Below are positions 19,462-28,441 of a stretch of DNA of 64,000 bases, piece after piece (positions within the stretch are counted from its first letter, which is position 1; every line of letters starts with the position of its first letter). Below the pieces are notes generated by a model. The model saw only the letters and a program-made list of their open reading frames with translations. It searched no databases and was not told where the DNA came from. Location: NCBI GenBank assembly GCA_039799905.1, contig JBDLRP010000021.1, positions 64,001 to 128,000 on the forward strand, in the 5' to 3' direction. Origin of the DNA: Pseudomonadota bacterium. Its GTDB lineage: Bacteria; Bdellovibrionota_B; Oligoflexia; Silvanigrellales; Silvanigrellaceae. A program made the translations under genes and the position numbers.

Positions 19462-20074
19462 ACGCCTTTGGCACTCATCTGGGGGACAGGCGCTCACTGA
19501 GCTGACAGTCATCCTGCCTGTAGGTTTCATTTTACTCGCCGCGCCGCTTCACTTTTGGAAAACCATGGAGCAGCGGGTTGGCGATGACACACGCCGTCTT
19601 GATGAGAATCTGGCCCAATTCGCCAAGAAGGAGAGCGTTTTTCTCAACAATTTGCGTTCACAGGCCTGCCTAAGGCAGGCGGGAACGGGGGCGAAATCGA
19701 CAGCGACACCGTCGACCCGCTGGCCCGAGGAGGTCGACAAACAAAGAGCACTTTCTCTCTCGCTCTTGCGGGTTAGCTGCCTTGGGGAGGGGACGGCCAA
19801 GCATGGTCCTAAGGTGGCCTTGCCCCTGTGGTCGGTTCACATCGCAGCACCCAGCGAGGCTGCAGCCCGCGCAACAGCGCAAACACTCTGCCCGGGCGTC
19901 GTCGCAGTCTCTGAAAAACTGAGGGCAAGTGTCGCATCTGCGCATAAAGTGCGCCTTCTTGCGGACGCGGCACCCGCAGCCCAAGTCCTCCGACAGACCA
20001 CTCAATTCTGCCTGACCGGCTTAAAATCGGTGCGTCCGCTTGACAGCCTCTTTGCCGGTATATTAGACCCCTGA
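19451..20074 (+). CDS. TadE-like pseudopilin
   Basis: G|QALTELTVILP prepilin motif. Confidence 0.7.
   Translation: MKIERLWHSSGGQALTELTVILPVGFILLAAPLHFWKTMEQRVGDDTRRLDENLAQFAKKESVFLNNLRSQACLRQAGTGAKSTATPSTRWPEEVDKQRALSLSLLRVSCLGEGTAKHGPKVALPLWSVHIAAPSEAAARATAQTLCPGVVAVSEKLRASVASAHKVRLLADAAPAAQVLRQTTQFCLTGLKSVRPLDSLFAGILDP
20040..20069 (+). promoter_or_regulatory. Putative sigma70 promoter of the tRNA-Phe/Thr pair, inside the 3' end of the last pseudopilin gene
   Basis: Perfect TTGACA with TAGACC 18 nt later, ending 12 nt before the tRNA. Confidence 0.45.
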
Positions 20075-20081
20075 CCACGTT

Positions 20082-20157
20082 GGCGCTTTAGCTCAGTCGG
20101 TAGAGCAGTAGATTGAAAATCTACGTGTCCCCAGTTCGATTCTGGGAGGCGCCACCA
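20082..20157 (+). tRNA. tRNA-Phe (GAA)
   Basis: 76-nt cloverleaf GGCGCTT...AGGCGCCACCA, anticodon loop TTGAAAA, T-loop TTCGATT, encoded CCA. Confidence 0.97.
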
Positions 20158-20178
20158 CGTATCTCTGCCTCACTCCTC

Positions 20179-20254
20179 GCCTCTGTAGCTCAGCTGGTAG
20201 AGCATCGCATTCGTAATGCGAGGGTCGCAGGTTCAAATCCTGTCGGAGGCTCCA
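20179..20254 (+). tRNA. tRNA-Thr (CGT)
   Basis: 76-nt cloverleaf GCCTCTG...CGGAGGCTCCA, anticodon loop TTCGTAA, T-loop TTCAAAT. Confidence 0.97.
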
Positions 20255-21051
20255 TGCGTAATTCCGCAGTTGATTCAGTTCTTCTTCACCCGCTCAGTGC
20301 GTCTCAAAAGGCACTGTCACTCGTGTCGATTTGCCTGCTGCTGGGCTCGGGACAGGCTTACGCATGGGAAAGTTCGTTCCTTGCGCAACGCGAATCTCAT
20401 CATCACGAAAAGGTGATCGGTGACAATAATCTCATGCCCGTCTCGGGTGACGGCACGAATCTGCCGGCACAATTGATTCCGCTGATGGATGCCGTTGGCC
20501 AACTGAACGTCGGATGCACGGCAACCCATATTGGTGACGGTCTTGTGCTGACGGCAGGCCACTGCATTTCACGCTCACCACGCAGCGGGTCGGACAATTG
20601 CCATCTTCTGGGAGTTGTTTGGGGCAATCGCGGAGCAAAGCCCGAACTCAAATCATCAAATTGTAAATCAGTCGTACTGCGAAAGTACGACAGCACCTAC
20701 GACTTCGCTCTCCTGCGGGTCAATAATCCGCCCAAGGCATCGGTCAGCATCGACTTGGCTTTCAGTTCGCAGAAAGTTCCGCTCACAATGTTGAGTTATC
20801 CACGGATGCGCCCATTGGAGTGGTCGGGCTATTGCACACTCCACGCTTACACAGACCCTGCGCGAATATTGAAAAAGTTTCTTCACGACTGTGACAGCGA
20901 AGGCGGAAGCAGCGGTGCCGCATTGATTTCAACTGACTCACTTGCGATTGTCGGTTTGCACAATGGCGCAAGTGATGAACTGAACTATGGAATGTATTTG
21001 TCCGCGTCCGATGAACTCATAACCGTTCTTCAAGATGCTCTAGGTAATTAA
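20254..21051 (+). CDS. Secreted trypsin-like (S1) serine protease; the true start may be further downstream
   Basis: CTAT..G...VLTAGHC, YDFAL and CDSEGGSSG give the His-Asp-Ser triad; signal-like LLLGSGQAYA. Confidence 0.88.
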   Translation: MRNSAVDSVLLHPLSASQKALSLVSICLLLGSGQAYAWESSFLAQRESHHHEKVIGDNNLMPVSGDGTNLPAQLIPLMDAVGQLNVGCTATHIGDGLVLTAGHCISRSPRSGSDNCHLLGVVWGNRGAKPELKSSNCKSVVLRKYDSTYDFALLRVNNPPKASVSIDLAFSSQKVPLTMLSYPRMRPLEWSGYCTLHAYTDPARILKKFLHDCDSEGGSSGAALISTDSLAIVGLHNGASDELNYGMYLSASDELITVLQDALGN

Positions 21052-21054
21052 ATA

Positions 21055-21372
21055 ATGGCGTGGCTTTATCTTTTCCTTGCAGGACTTTTTGAGATCGGCT
21101 GGCCGCTGGGAATGAAGCTCGCCCAGTCAGGTACTCACCGGATTGCAGGCATCGGTATGTCCATTGCGTGCCTTGGCGTCAGCGGATGGCTGTTGTGGCT
21201 AGCCCAAAAAACTATACCAATGGGTACCGCCTATGCAGTCTGGACTGGAATAGGAACGGTCGGCACCTTTATCGTCGGTGTGAGTTTTTTTGGTGACTCG
21301 CAGTCCTATCTGCGCTGGTTCGGTGCAATTTTCATTGTCTTGGGTGTCGGACTTCTCAAGCTCAGCGAGTAA
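21055..21372 (+). CDS. SMR family exporter (SugE/Gdx-like)
   Basis: MAW.YL..AG.FE, IP.GTAYAVWTGIG, 105 aa with 4 TM. Confidence 0.92.
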   Translation: MAWLYLFLAGLFEIGWPLGMKLAQSGTHRIAGIGMSIACLGVSGWLLWLAQKTIPMGTAYAVWTGIGTVGTFIVGVSFFGDSQSYLRWFGAIFIVLGVGLLKLSE

Positions 21373-21563
21373 CAAAAATCCAACACTGCATCGAGCAGTC
21401 TGCAGACCCTTTTTTTGCATTTCACATTCGACAGACTGCTATGGCGGGACTTTTTATAGCGCCCGATACTTCTTGCCGATCGGCTGCCCGCGTTGTGGAT
21501 TATTCTGGCGGGGAACCCGAATCAAAGGCACAAACCATGCACCTTCGGCGGTACTGCAGTTCT

Positions 21564-22076
21564 ATGCGGAGAGTCATTGTTCTCACAAGCGTGCTTTGTT
21601 CTTTTTTCATTGCAAATCGAGCGGTCGCACAAAACTCGGTGTCCCTCAAGGCAGGGCTGGGAATCGCAGTCCAAAGTGACAACAACTATTCACCCATGGC
21701 AGACACGAGTGTGACAATTGGCAGATGGGGATTCACCGCAAATGTGTCCGGATATTCCGAATCACAGACCAAAGTCACTCACCTTCTTTCAGGAGTACTC
21801 TACGGAGTTCCACTCACCTCGGGCGGATCACTAAAAGCAGAATTTGGCGCTGGGGCACTTATGGCGCAAACAACTGCCGGCGGTAAAACCGAAACTATGT
21901 TCTCATACTCATTTCCGATCGGTTTTGACTGGACAATCTTCAACTTGAGCGGCTTGGCGGTTAGTGCAAATTGGAAATCCTGGCTCTTTGCGACGCACCC
22001 CTACATTCCGCTCTTTGTATTGCTTTCCCACGACCGCTTTTCCACAGTTTCACTCAGCGCGGGGTTTGCACTATGA
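21564..22076 (+). CDS. Exported hypothetical protein, small beta-barrel-like
   Basis: Signal peptide ending AVA|Q, amphipathic strands, terminal LSAGFAL. Confidence 0.6.
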   Translation: MRRVIVLTSVLCSFFIANRAVAQNSVSLKAGLGIAVQSDNNYSPMADTSVTIGRWGFTANVSGYSESQTKVTHLLSGVLYGVPLTSGGSLKAEFGAGALMAQTTAGGKTETMFSYSFPIGFDWTIFNLSGLAVSANWKSWLFATHPYIPLFVLLSHDRFSTVSLSAGFAL

Positions 22077-22537
22077 AAACTCCAACCTTTTTTAGAATCC
22101 ATTTAATGGCGGGTATGATAAGCGCCTCATCGATATCCGCCGTCGGGTTCGCCGCAGGACACAAGATTTCTGCCGGCGCCGTTTCCGCCAACGGCGGGTC
22201 AAATCCGGTCACATTCACAAGTCTCGGTGAGTATTCGTACACATATATCAACACGGCACGCGATCGTGAGATTCTTGTCGGCTTCGCTCCAGGGCTTGGA
22301 TATGCTGTGCGCTTTCAGCCGACACAAACAGTCTCTGTTTCACTTGGTGGCGTCGCTGCCGTCGGCATCACGCCTTTTTTGGGTGTTTATGGCGGATTCG
22401 GCTGGGAATTTTGGTGTGCAACTCGTTCAATCTGTTTGTCCCTCGAATTTCGTTCGGCTTTGGCACCGTATTCTGAGAAACGTCAGATCTCCGGTGTAAG
22501 CAGTGTCAGCCTCGGAGGCACGCTATGGTCAAATTAA
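22073..22537 (+). CDS. Exported hypothetical protein, small beta-barrel-like
   Basis: ATGA coupling, signal ending GFA|A, Gly/aromatic strands, terminal GGTLWSN. Confidence 0.6.
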   Translation: MKTPTFFRIHLMAGMISASSISAVGFAAGHKISAGAVSANGGSNPVTFTSLGEYSYTYINTARDREILVGFAPGLGYAVRFQPTQTVSVSLGGVAAVGITPFLGVYGGFGWEFWCATRSICLSLEFRSALAPYSEKRQISGVSSVSLGGTLWSN

Positions 22538-23316
22538 TCCATCTACTTTTGATAGGTCTGTGGCTCATATGCAGCAATTCTGCATCGGCCTACGTGTTCG
22601 AACGCGACAGAAGCTCCGGAGAGCCAGTGCGACTGAATGTCAGCGCCGAAAATCCAAAAGTTTATTTCAGAATCGCAGGCTCACCGCCGGAATTCGAGAA
22701 TAAGGATAAATTTCTCGACGGAAAATTTTCCAATCTTTCAGACACGGATTTCTTTGCTCAATTAGTTTTGGAAACCATGAAACGCTGGAACGATGTCGAA
22801 GATTCGTTCGTCGAACTGGCACTGAGTGCCGAAAGTGGCAGTGGGGCGGACTCAGAAGACAACATCAATACAATCGTCTTTTCGTCGGGCACATGGAGCG
22901 ATGCTGGCAGTGCACTTCCCAAACAGGGAAACACGGATCAGGACTCACGTTACATCGTGGACTGTGACATCAGTCTCGATGCACAAAAAGATCCAGAAAA
23001 ACTTGCCTTCACTGTTTTGCACGAACTCGGACACTGTCTCGGACTTCTCCATCCCCATTACTCGACAAAATCAGTGATGAGCTACTCAACCATCAATAAG
23101 AATCTGGAACTGACCCTCGACGATAAGGCAGGCGTAACCATTCTGTATCCGGTCAGATATGAGAAACGGAAAAATCTGATTCCACTCTGCGGCAGCCTAC
23201 CGGCACTCAGTTCTCACCGCGGCACCAGGAGCGCTGTTACATGGGTGATTATCGCACCTCTCGGCATTTGGGCACTAAGAGCGCTGAAACGGCGCAAACG
23301 CAGAACTCCGATTTGA
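22525..23316 (+). CDS. Matrixin (M10) metzincin protease with a C-terminal membrane anchor
   Basis: HELGHCLGLLH, Met-turn SVMSY, DD.AG...LYP; signal peptide; C-terminal TM plus KRRKRR. Confidence 0.88.
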   Translation: MVKLIHLLLIGLWLICSNSASAYVFERDRSSGEPVRLNVSAENPKVYFRIAGSPPEFENKDKFLDGKFSNLSDTDFFAQLVLETMKRWNDVEDSFVELALSAESGSGADSEDNINTIVFSSGTWSDAGSALPKQGNTDQDSRYIVDCDISLDAQKDPEKLAFTVLHELGHCLGLLHPHYSTKSVMSYSTINKNLELTLDDKAGVTILYPVRYEKRKNLIPLCGSLPALSSHRGTRSAVTWVIIAPLGIWALRALKRRKRRTPI

Positions 23317-23421
23317 CTTCATTTTCCTTCCGTCAATGAGCGCGAAAAACAACGCTTGACTCAGCAGGCTCCGGTGACTACTGATAATCCAGTCTCACTT
23401 CATCGGAGAATAAGCAAAACC

Positions 23422-24000
23422 ATGAAATCAATATACTTTAAGGCTTCTACCTCGGTAACCAACCTAGTCACAGCACTCGTTATTGCGACCCTCCCGACCG
23501 GTGCTCTGGCTGGCGGCAAGGGCCACAAAGCACACGAACATGGAACTGCCTCGGTCAACATCGTCGGCGAGGCAAACACTGTCACGATTCAACTGGAAAG
23601 TCCCTCAGAGGCCATCTACGGCTTCGAGCACGAGGCTAAAAAACCAGCGGACATCAAAAAACGCGACGAAGCGGTGGAAAAGCTTAAGGCAAGCGCTGAC
23701 AAAATGTTTGTTCTCGACTCTTCACTTGCGTGCAAGCTGACAGAAGCGACGGTCAATCCATTTGTGACCGAGGCGGAAGAGACAAAGGAAACCAAGAAAA
23801 ACAAACACAAGAAGGGCACGCACAGCGAGGTGCACGCCAAATTCAAATTTGAATGCGCAAAACCCGTTGCCGGAAGTGAAGTGAAATTTGCAACAAAAGC
23901 GCACTTTAAATCACTCAGAAAATTAAAGGTTCAAACCCTTTCAGGCGAGACACAGAGCGGATCGACAGTCGTCAACGATGCTGGCTCGGCAAAACTTTAA
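23422..24000 (+). CDS. DUF2796/ZrgA periplasmic zinc-binding protein
   Basis: Signal peptide, AHEHG, LESP...YGFEH, two Cys, HSEV.A.F.F.C. Confidence 0.88.
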   Translation: MKSIYFKASTSVTNLVTALVIATLPTGALAGGKGHKAHEHGTASVNIVGEANTVTIQLESPSEAIYGFEHEAKKPADIKKRDEAVEKLKASADKMFVLDSSLACKLTEATVNPFVTEAEETKETKKNKHKKGTHSEVHAKFKFECAKPVAGSEVKFATKAHFKSLRKLKVQTLSGETQSGSTVVNDAGSAKL

Positions 24001-24015
24001 TCGCGAGAAAAAATC

Positions 24016-25752
24016 ATGAACAACCGTCTTCCCGTCACTGTGCTGTCCGGCTTCCTTGGCGCTGGAAAAACAACACTGCTCAACAATATTCTCAATGATC
24101 AGCACGGGCTGCGGATTGCGGTCATCGTCAACGACATGAGTGAACTCAACATCGACGCCAAGCTCGTGCGCAACGGCAGTGTGGATATTGCACGCACCGA
24201 AGAAAAGCTTGTCGAAATGAGCAACGGCTGCATCTGCTGCACACTGCGCGAAGACCTTCTTGTTGAAGTCCGCCAGCTGGCACAGCAGGGACGGTTTGAT
24301 TATCTTATCATCGAAAGCACTGGAATAAGCGAACCTCTGCCAGTGGCAGAAACCTTTACGTTTACTGACGATGCCGGAGTTTCACTCTCGGAATTTGCAT
24401 GCCTCGACACAATGGTCACGGTCGTCGATGCATTCAATTTCAAGCGCCAGTATCAAGAGGCCTTGCTACTCACTGAAGCGGGACAGGCTCTCAATAACGA
24501 AGATGAGCGCAACCTTGCCGATCTTCTCACCGATCAGGTTGAATTCGCCAACGTCATCGTCATCAACAAATCCGATTTGGTTACGGCGCAGGATCTGAGT
24601 GAAGTCGAAGGACTCATCCGCTCGCTCAATCCAGAGGCCGTGATTGTTCCGACAAAAAATTCAAAGGTCGATCTGAACAAGATATTGAACACTGGACTAT
24701 TTGATTTTGAAAAGGCTTCGCAGTCTGCGGGCTGGTTGAAAACGCTGCGCGGTCAGGAAAAATCGGAAAAGGACGAGTACGGATTTTCAAGTTTTGTTTT
24801 CCGTGCCAACCGCCCGTTCAACACCGAACGGTTTGTCTCTTTTATTGAACACGATTCGGATACCATCGTGCGCTCGAAGGGCTTCATCTGGCTGGCAACG
24901 CGCTCCGATTTCGTTACCCAGTGGGGACAGGCCGGTGGAAGCATTCGTATTGAGCCTGCTGGAACATGGCTTGCTCTGACTCCGCAGGAAGATTGGATCC
25001 TCTCGCCAGATGAACGCAAAAACGTCTTGGCACAATGGGATAAAGATTGGGGTGATCGCGCGCAGGAACTGGTTGTGATCGGGCAAAACATGGACCATCA
25101 GGAAATGCTCGAAAAATTGAACAGCTGTCTGCTGACCGATGACGAGCTCAAACAAGGTGATGCCCTGTGGGCGGTTATGCCAGATGCACTGCCTGCATGG
25201 ATGCCTGCACTTGAGAGCGAAGAGCCTCTCGACTGCAGTGAGGATTCCATCGCAACAACGCAAACAACGATTACCGAGTTGTACAACACCGACCCTGCAC
25301 AGGCGGCAATGTCCGCTTTTCATCTGGCACTCGTCTATCGGGAAACAGGCCGAGTCCATCCGGCACTTCCCCTCTTCCGTCTCGCCATTTCAGCACTGGC
25401 CGACTTTCCGTCGGAAAGTTTTCTGCGTTGTGAAGCCTTCCATCTTTATCTCAGCTCATTATTCGAGGCCAATGACTCACCGCGTGCACGCATCGTATTG
25501 AAAGAAGCACTGGCCTTCTCGACGGATGCGCAACTTGCTGGCTGGGAAGCTACGTTTCTTACAATTGCGGGCCGTCTTGAGCTGACCGAAGGGCTGAATC
25601 TCTCGCTTGCGAAGCAGCAGTTGGAGCGCGCTCTCTTCCTTCGCAAAGAACAGCTGGGCTTGCCTGAATCCGATTGCGAGGATATCCGCCAGTCGTTGCA
25701 GGAATTGCTGACTCTGCAATCACAGCGCTCCGGCGCGGCAAAGAGCATCTGA
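24016..25752 (+). CDS. COG0523 (CobW/ZigA/YciC) zinc metallochaperone GTPase with a C-terminal TPR-like extension
   Basis: GFLGAGKTT, GCICC, ESTG, NKSD, RSKG, WGDR.QELV.IG; about 180 extra C-terminal residues. Confidence 0.92.
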   Translation: MNNRLPVTVLSGFLGAGKTTLLNNILNDQHGLRIAVIVNDMSELNIDAKLVRNGSVDIARTEEKLVEMSNGCICCTLREDLLVEVRQLAQQGRFDYLIIESTGISEPLPVAETFTFTDDAGVSLSEFACLDTMVTVVDAFNFKRQYQEALLLTEAGQALNNEDERNLADLLTDQVEFANVIVINKSDLVTAQDLSEVEGLIRSLNPEAVIVPTKNSKVDLNKILNTGLFDFEKASQSAGWLKTLRGQEKSEKDEYGFSSFVFRANRPFNTERFVSFIEHDSDTIVRSKGFIWLATRSDFVTQWGQAGGSIRIEPAGTWLALTPQEDWILSPDERKNVLAQWDKDWGDRAQELVVIGQNMDHQEMLEKLNSCLLTDDELKQGDALWAVMPDALPAWMPALESEEPLDCSEDSIATTQTTITELYNTDPAQAAMSAFHLALVYRETGRVHPALPLFRLAISALADFPSESFLRCEAFHLYLSSLFEANDSPRARIVLKEALAFSTDAQLAGWEATFLTIAGRLELTEGLNLSLAKQQLERALFLRKEQLGLPESDCEDIRQSLQELLTLQSQRSGAAKSI

Positions 25753-25773
25753 TGTTGCCCAGAGGATAGACGG

Positions 25774-26169
25774 ATGAGCGAAACAAAAACCGACAAACGC
25801 AACACTCAACAGCAGAACCTCATCCGCGGCCTGTTCCGTCACACGGAAAGACCGCTCTCCGCGCAGGAGCTGCTCGACGCAGCTTCCTCCATCCAGCCGG
25901 GAATCGGCATCGCAACCGTTTACCGCGGCATCAAAACCCTGCTGGAGCGTCAGGAAATAGTTCACATCGCTCTTCCGGGAACGACTCCCCGTTACGAGAA
26001 AGCCGGAACCCATCATCACCACCATTTCCTCTGTACGCGTTGCGATAAAGTCTATCCTGTCGCAGGCTGCACGGGTCATCTCGACAAGCTGACCCCTCCA
26101 GGATTCGTAATGGAATCTCACAAGATCGTCTTGGAAGGACGCTGTGCGTCCTGCGCCACGACGAAATAG
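25774..26169 (+). CDS. Fur family transcriptional regulator (Zur-like by context)
   Basis: IGIATVYR, HHHHHF.C..C, terminal G.CASC. Confidence 0.9.
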   Translation: MSETKTDKRNTQQQNLIRGLFRHTERPLSAQELLDAASSIQPGIGIATVYRGIKTLLERQEIVHIALPGTTPRYEKAGTHHHHHFLCTRCDKVYPVAGCTGHLDKLTPPGFVMESHKIVLEGRCASCATTK

Positions 26170-26177
26170 CAACAACG

Positions 26178-26206
26178 AAAAAGCCGCATGCGGCAATGCA
26201 TGCGGC
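26178..26206 (-). terminator. Rho-independent terminator between the convergent Fur and PEGA genes
   Basis: GCCGCATGC-6-GCATGCGGC stem with an A-run on the left (U-run on the minus strand). Confidence 0.65.
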
Positions 26207-26258
26207 CAACCTTTACCTCCAACCAGCGACTTCTTCGCCGGTTCCGTGAGGCATCAAA

Positions 26259-26729
26259 TTAAAATGTTGCCGGAAGCTGGATGTGCGAAACTTCAGGCTG
26301 AGCGAGAGGAATCTTTGTGTGCGAGACCTTGATGAAATCAGGTGACCAGACAACCGGTCCGGGTGTTGTTCTAAGGGATGCGTCGCCGCCAGCCTTCTGA
26401 AGCGAGAAGTTGTAGCTTGGCGGATATTCCCATGCCCACAGAAGCGCTGGCCACACGCAGAGCAAACCGACCAAGAGCGTACCAACCGCTAGTTCATCTC
26501 TCGCGATGAAGCCCTGATAAGTGCGGTAGCCTTTCATTGACAACGAAACTTGTTGCTTCGAGAAAAGCACTTTGGAGTCGGTATATGTGTATGGTGTTGA
26601 GCCAACTTCGTTGCCGTTAATCGACAGACGAGCGCCGCTTGGATTTGAATTGATAGTTGTCGTGCTGGAGCAAGAGACAGTAGCAAACGAAAGTGCCACG
26701 GTTGCGGCAAGAGCTGACTTGAACTTCAC
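26259..26729 (-). CDS. PEGA-domain lipoprotein
   Basis: GTG start with AGGAGG RBS, lipobox TVSC, I.SNPSGA...ING..VG.TP. Confidence 0.8.
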   Translation of the reverse strand: MKFKSALAATVALSFATVSCSSTTTINSNPSGARLSINGNEVGSTPYTYTDSKVLFSKQQVSLSMKGYRTYQGFIARDELAVGTLLVGLLCVWPALLWAWEYPPSYNFSLQKAGGDASLRTTPGPVVWSPDFIKVSHTKIPLAQPEVSHIQLPATF

Positions 26730-26818
26730 TGATACCTCCTCAACGAATGTTATTTGCGAATACCTGCATAACATGCTAATCCACTTCGATATATTCCCCA
26801 ACTACTTGGACCAAAAAA

Positions 26819-27394
26819 ATGTCTGTGGGCAATTTAGAGCAAGCGTCTGGACACGAAGGGGCCAGCTATCGCACACACTTTGCCGACTCTACGCACTTTG
26901 CTGTGTCAAAGGCAGAGTCGCCTCTGCCGGACGTTCCCTCTGCAAAATTGCCTACACTTAATTACCCGTCGCGTAATTGCGTTACATCCCGACGCCAACA
27001 GATTGATAAAGTTCACGCTCCCGCGGAGGGTACATCCAAGCCGTCCGAGAGTCTGTGGAACAGGGTGTATCGCATGTCATTGGGGTGGTTCGGACGCACC
27101 AACGGCTACGCGCCGTCCACGTCACGCTACATTGTTGAGCTGTCAAAATACCAATCAACTCCCATGACACTCATTTTGGCCGCAGACAGGTTTACAACAC
27201 CAGCCATTCCAGCAGAGCAGCATCTGATAAGTATCGAAATCGGCGACGAACGGCGCCTATTTTATCCGCTCTGGTTGTCCGAAGTTAATTACTATCACAT
27301 ACGACAACCCTACGCCGTGCGTGCGGGTGAACTAATCCGCGAGAGCCGTTGCGAATGGTCGGACGGAGACCGCGACGATCCTTCAAACTCATAA
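26819..27394 (+). CDS. Hypothetical protein with a degenerate YidD-like segment (start uncertain)
   Basis: VYRMSL..FGRTNGYAPSTSRY........T.ILAADRF resembles the YidD C.F.P.CS.Y...R pattern without the Cys residues. Confidence 0.4.
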   Translation: MSVGNLEQASGHEGASYRTHFADSTHFAVSKAESPLPDVPSAKLPTLNYPSRNCVTSRRQQIDKVHAPAEGTSKPSESLWNRVYRMSLGWFGRTNGYAPSTSRYIVELSKYQSTPMTLILAADRFTTPAIPAEQHLISIEIGDERRLFYPLWLSEVNYYHIRQPYAVRAGELIRESRCEWSDGDRDDPSNS

Positions 27395-27412
27395 AAAAAC
27401 GGAACTTGAATA

Positions 27413-28441
27413 ATGCAGTTTGTAAAATACATACTACGCATGGCGACGATTATCTTCATTGCAGCTTCGCACGCCGCAGAGGCCGGAGAAATCAGACTGA
27501 GCATCCCGTTTCAATCGGAAGATGCGATGGTTGCTCAGCATTTAAATTTGGGCTTGGCTTTTCAAGCATATGGCGACCAAAACCGTGCGATGACTTTTTT
27601 AAAGGCGGCATCTCTTGGCGCGAGGTCCCCGCAAATGCATTTGGTTCCAGATTTGGCCATAGCACGAATTTATCTGTCTGAAGGTGTCTACCGTACGGCC
27701 TTTCCGATTCTTGCGGATCTTTATGAGCGAACAAAAATCCTTCCCGCATTCGGTCAATCGATCAGCGCTGCAGCACTGCTGCTCTTGGCTGAAACCACCG
27801 CACGCAATTACGACCTCAACCAACTGCGCGCTGCGGCCGACGATCTCATGCAGTTCGAGGCGACTGCCGCCGACCTGTCGGCAGTCCAACATGAAATTCA
27901 CTCAACTGGACAATACTATCTGGCGATGCTCTCCAAGTTTAATGGTAATGAAAAACTCTCCGAGCCACTGCGAAAAGCTCTCGAGAATAAATCTGATGAA
28001 AAGCAAAAAGCAAAAGCGGTTTCTCTGTCACCGGACTTCATTGCCAAATCTCAAAATCTTTTGAACGAAAAATCTGTCAACAACTTGGAAGACAATCTCA
28101 AGTCGCCAGTCGTCGCCACCTTGCTGTCCGCTGTCGTCCCCGGCTCAGGACACGTATACGTCGGTCGTTGGCAAAATGGTTTGAGCGCGCTCTTCTTTAC
28201 ACTGGGAACTGCCGCTACTTCTCGCTGGGCATTGCTGCGCGGAGAAAAAGCATTCGGCGGAACAATGGCCGGAGTCGCAGGGCTCTTTTATTTGGGCCAA
28301 ATCGCCGGAGCCACCCGCCAAACCATCTTGTCGAACCAGAACACTCTGAAGAATTTTCAAAACGACATTATCGCCAGATACACGCCTAAATCCTCTCTCA
28401 AATTTTCTCCGGACGGGTTGACCTTCACATGGCAGCACTGA
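27413..28441 (+). CDS. TPR-like exported/membrane protein with a TM2-like SP..A..LS...PG.G..Y.G motif
   Basis: Signal peptide, helical repeats, KSPVVATLLSAVVPGSGHVYVGR followed by hydrophobic helices. Confidence 0.65.
   Translation: MQFVKYILRMATIIFIAASHAAEAGEIRLSIPFQSEDAMVAQHLNLGLAFQAYGDQNRAMTFLKAASLGARSPQMHLVPDLAIARIYLSEGVYRTAFPILADLYERTKILPAFGQSISAAALLLLAETTARNYDLNQLRAAADDLMQFEATAADLSAVQHEIHSTGQYYLAMLSKFNGNEKLSEPLRKALENKSDEKQKAKAVSLSPDFIAKSQNLLNEKSVNNLEDNLKSPVVATLLSAVVPGSGHVYVGRWQNGLSALFFTLGTAATSRWALLRGEKAFGGTMAGVAGLFYLGQIAGATRQTILSNQNTLKNFQNDIIARYTPKSSLKFSPDGLTFTWQH

Noticed and set aside
20113..20253. 5' extension of the trypsin ORF in the ORF track
   Set aside because: It runs through tRNA-Phe and tRNA-Thr and is incidental open frame.
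20990..21054. Guanidine riboswitch upstream of the SugE/Gdx-like gene
   Set aside because: There are only 3 nt of intergenic space and no paired ACG(A/G)-loop hairpins or ykkC motif.
22196..22211. Partial similarity to the tRNA-Thr T-arm (GGGTCAAATCCGGTC) as a possible att site
   Set aside because: It is short, mismatched and inside a coding region, with no integrase nearby.
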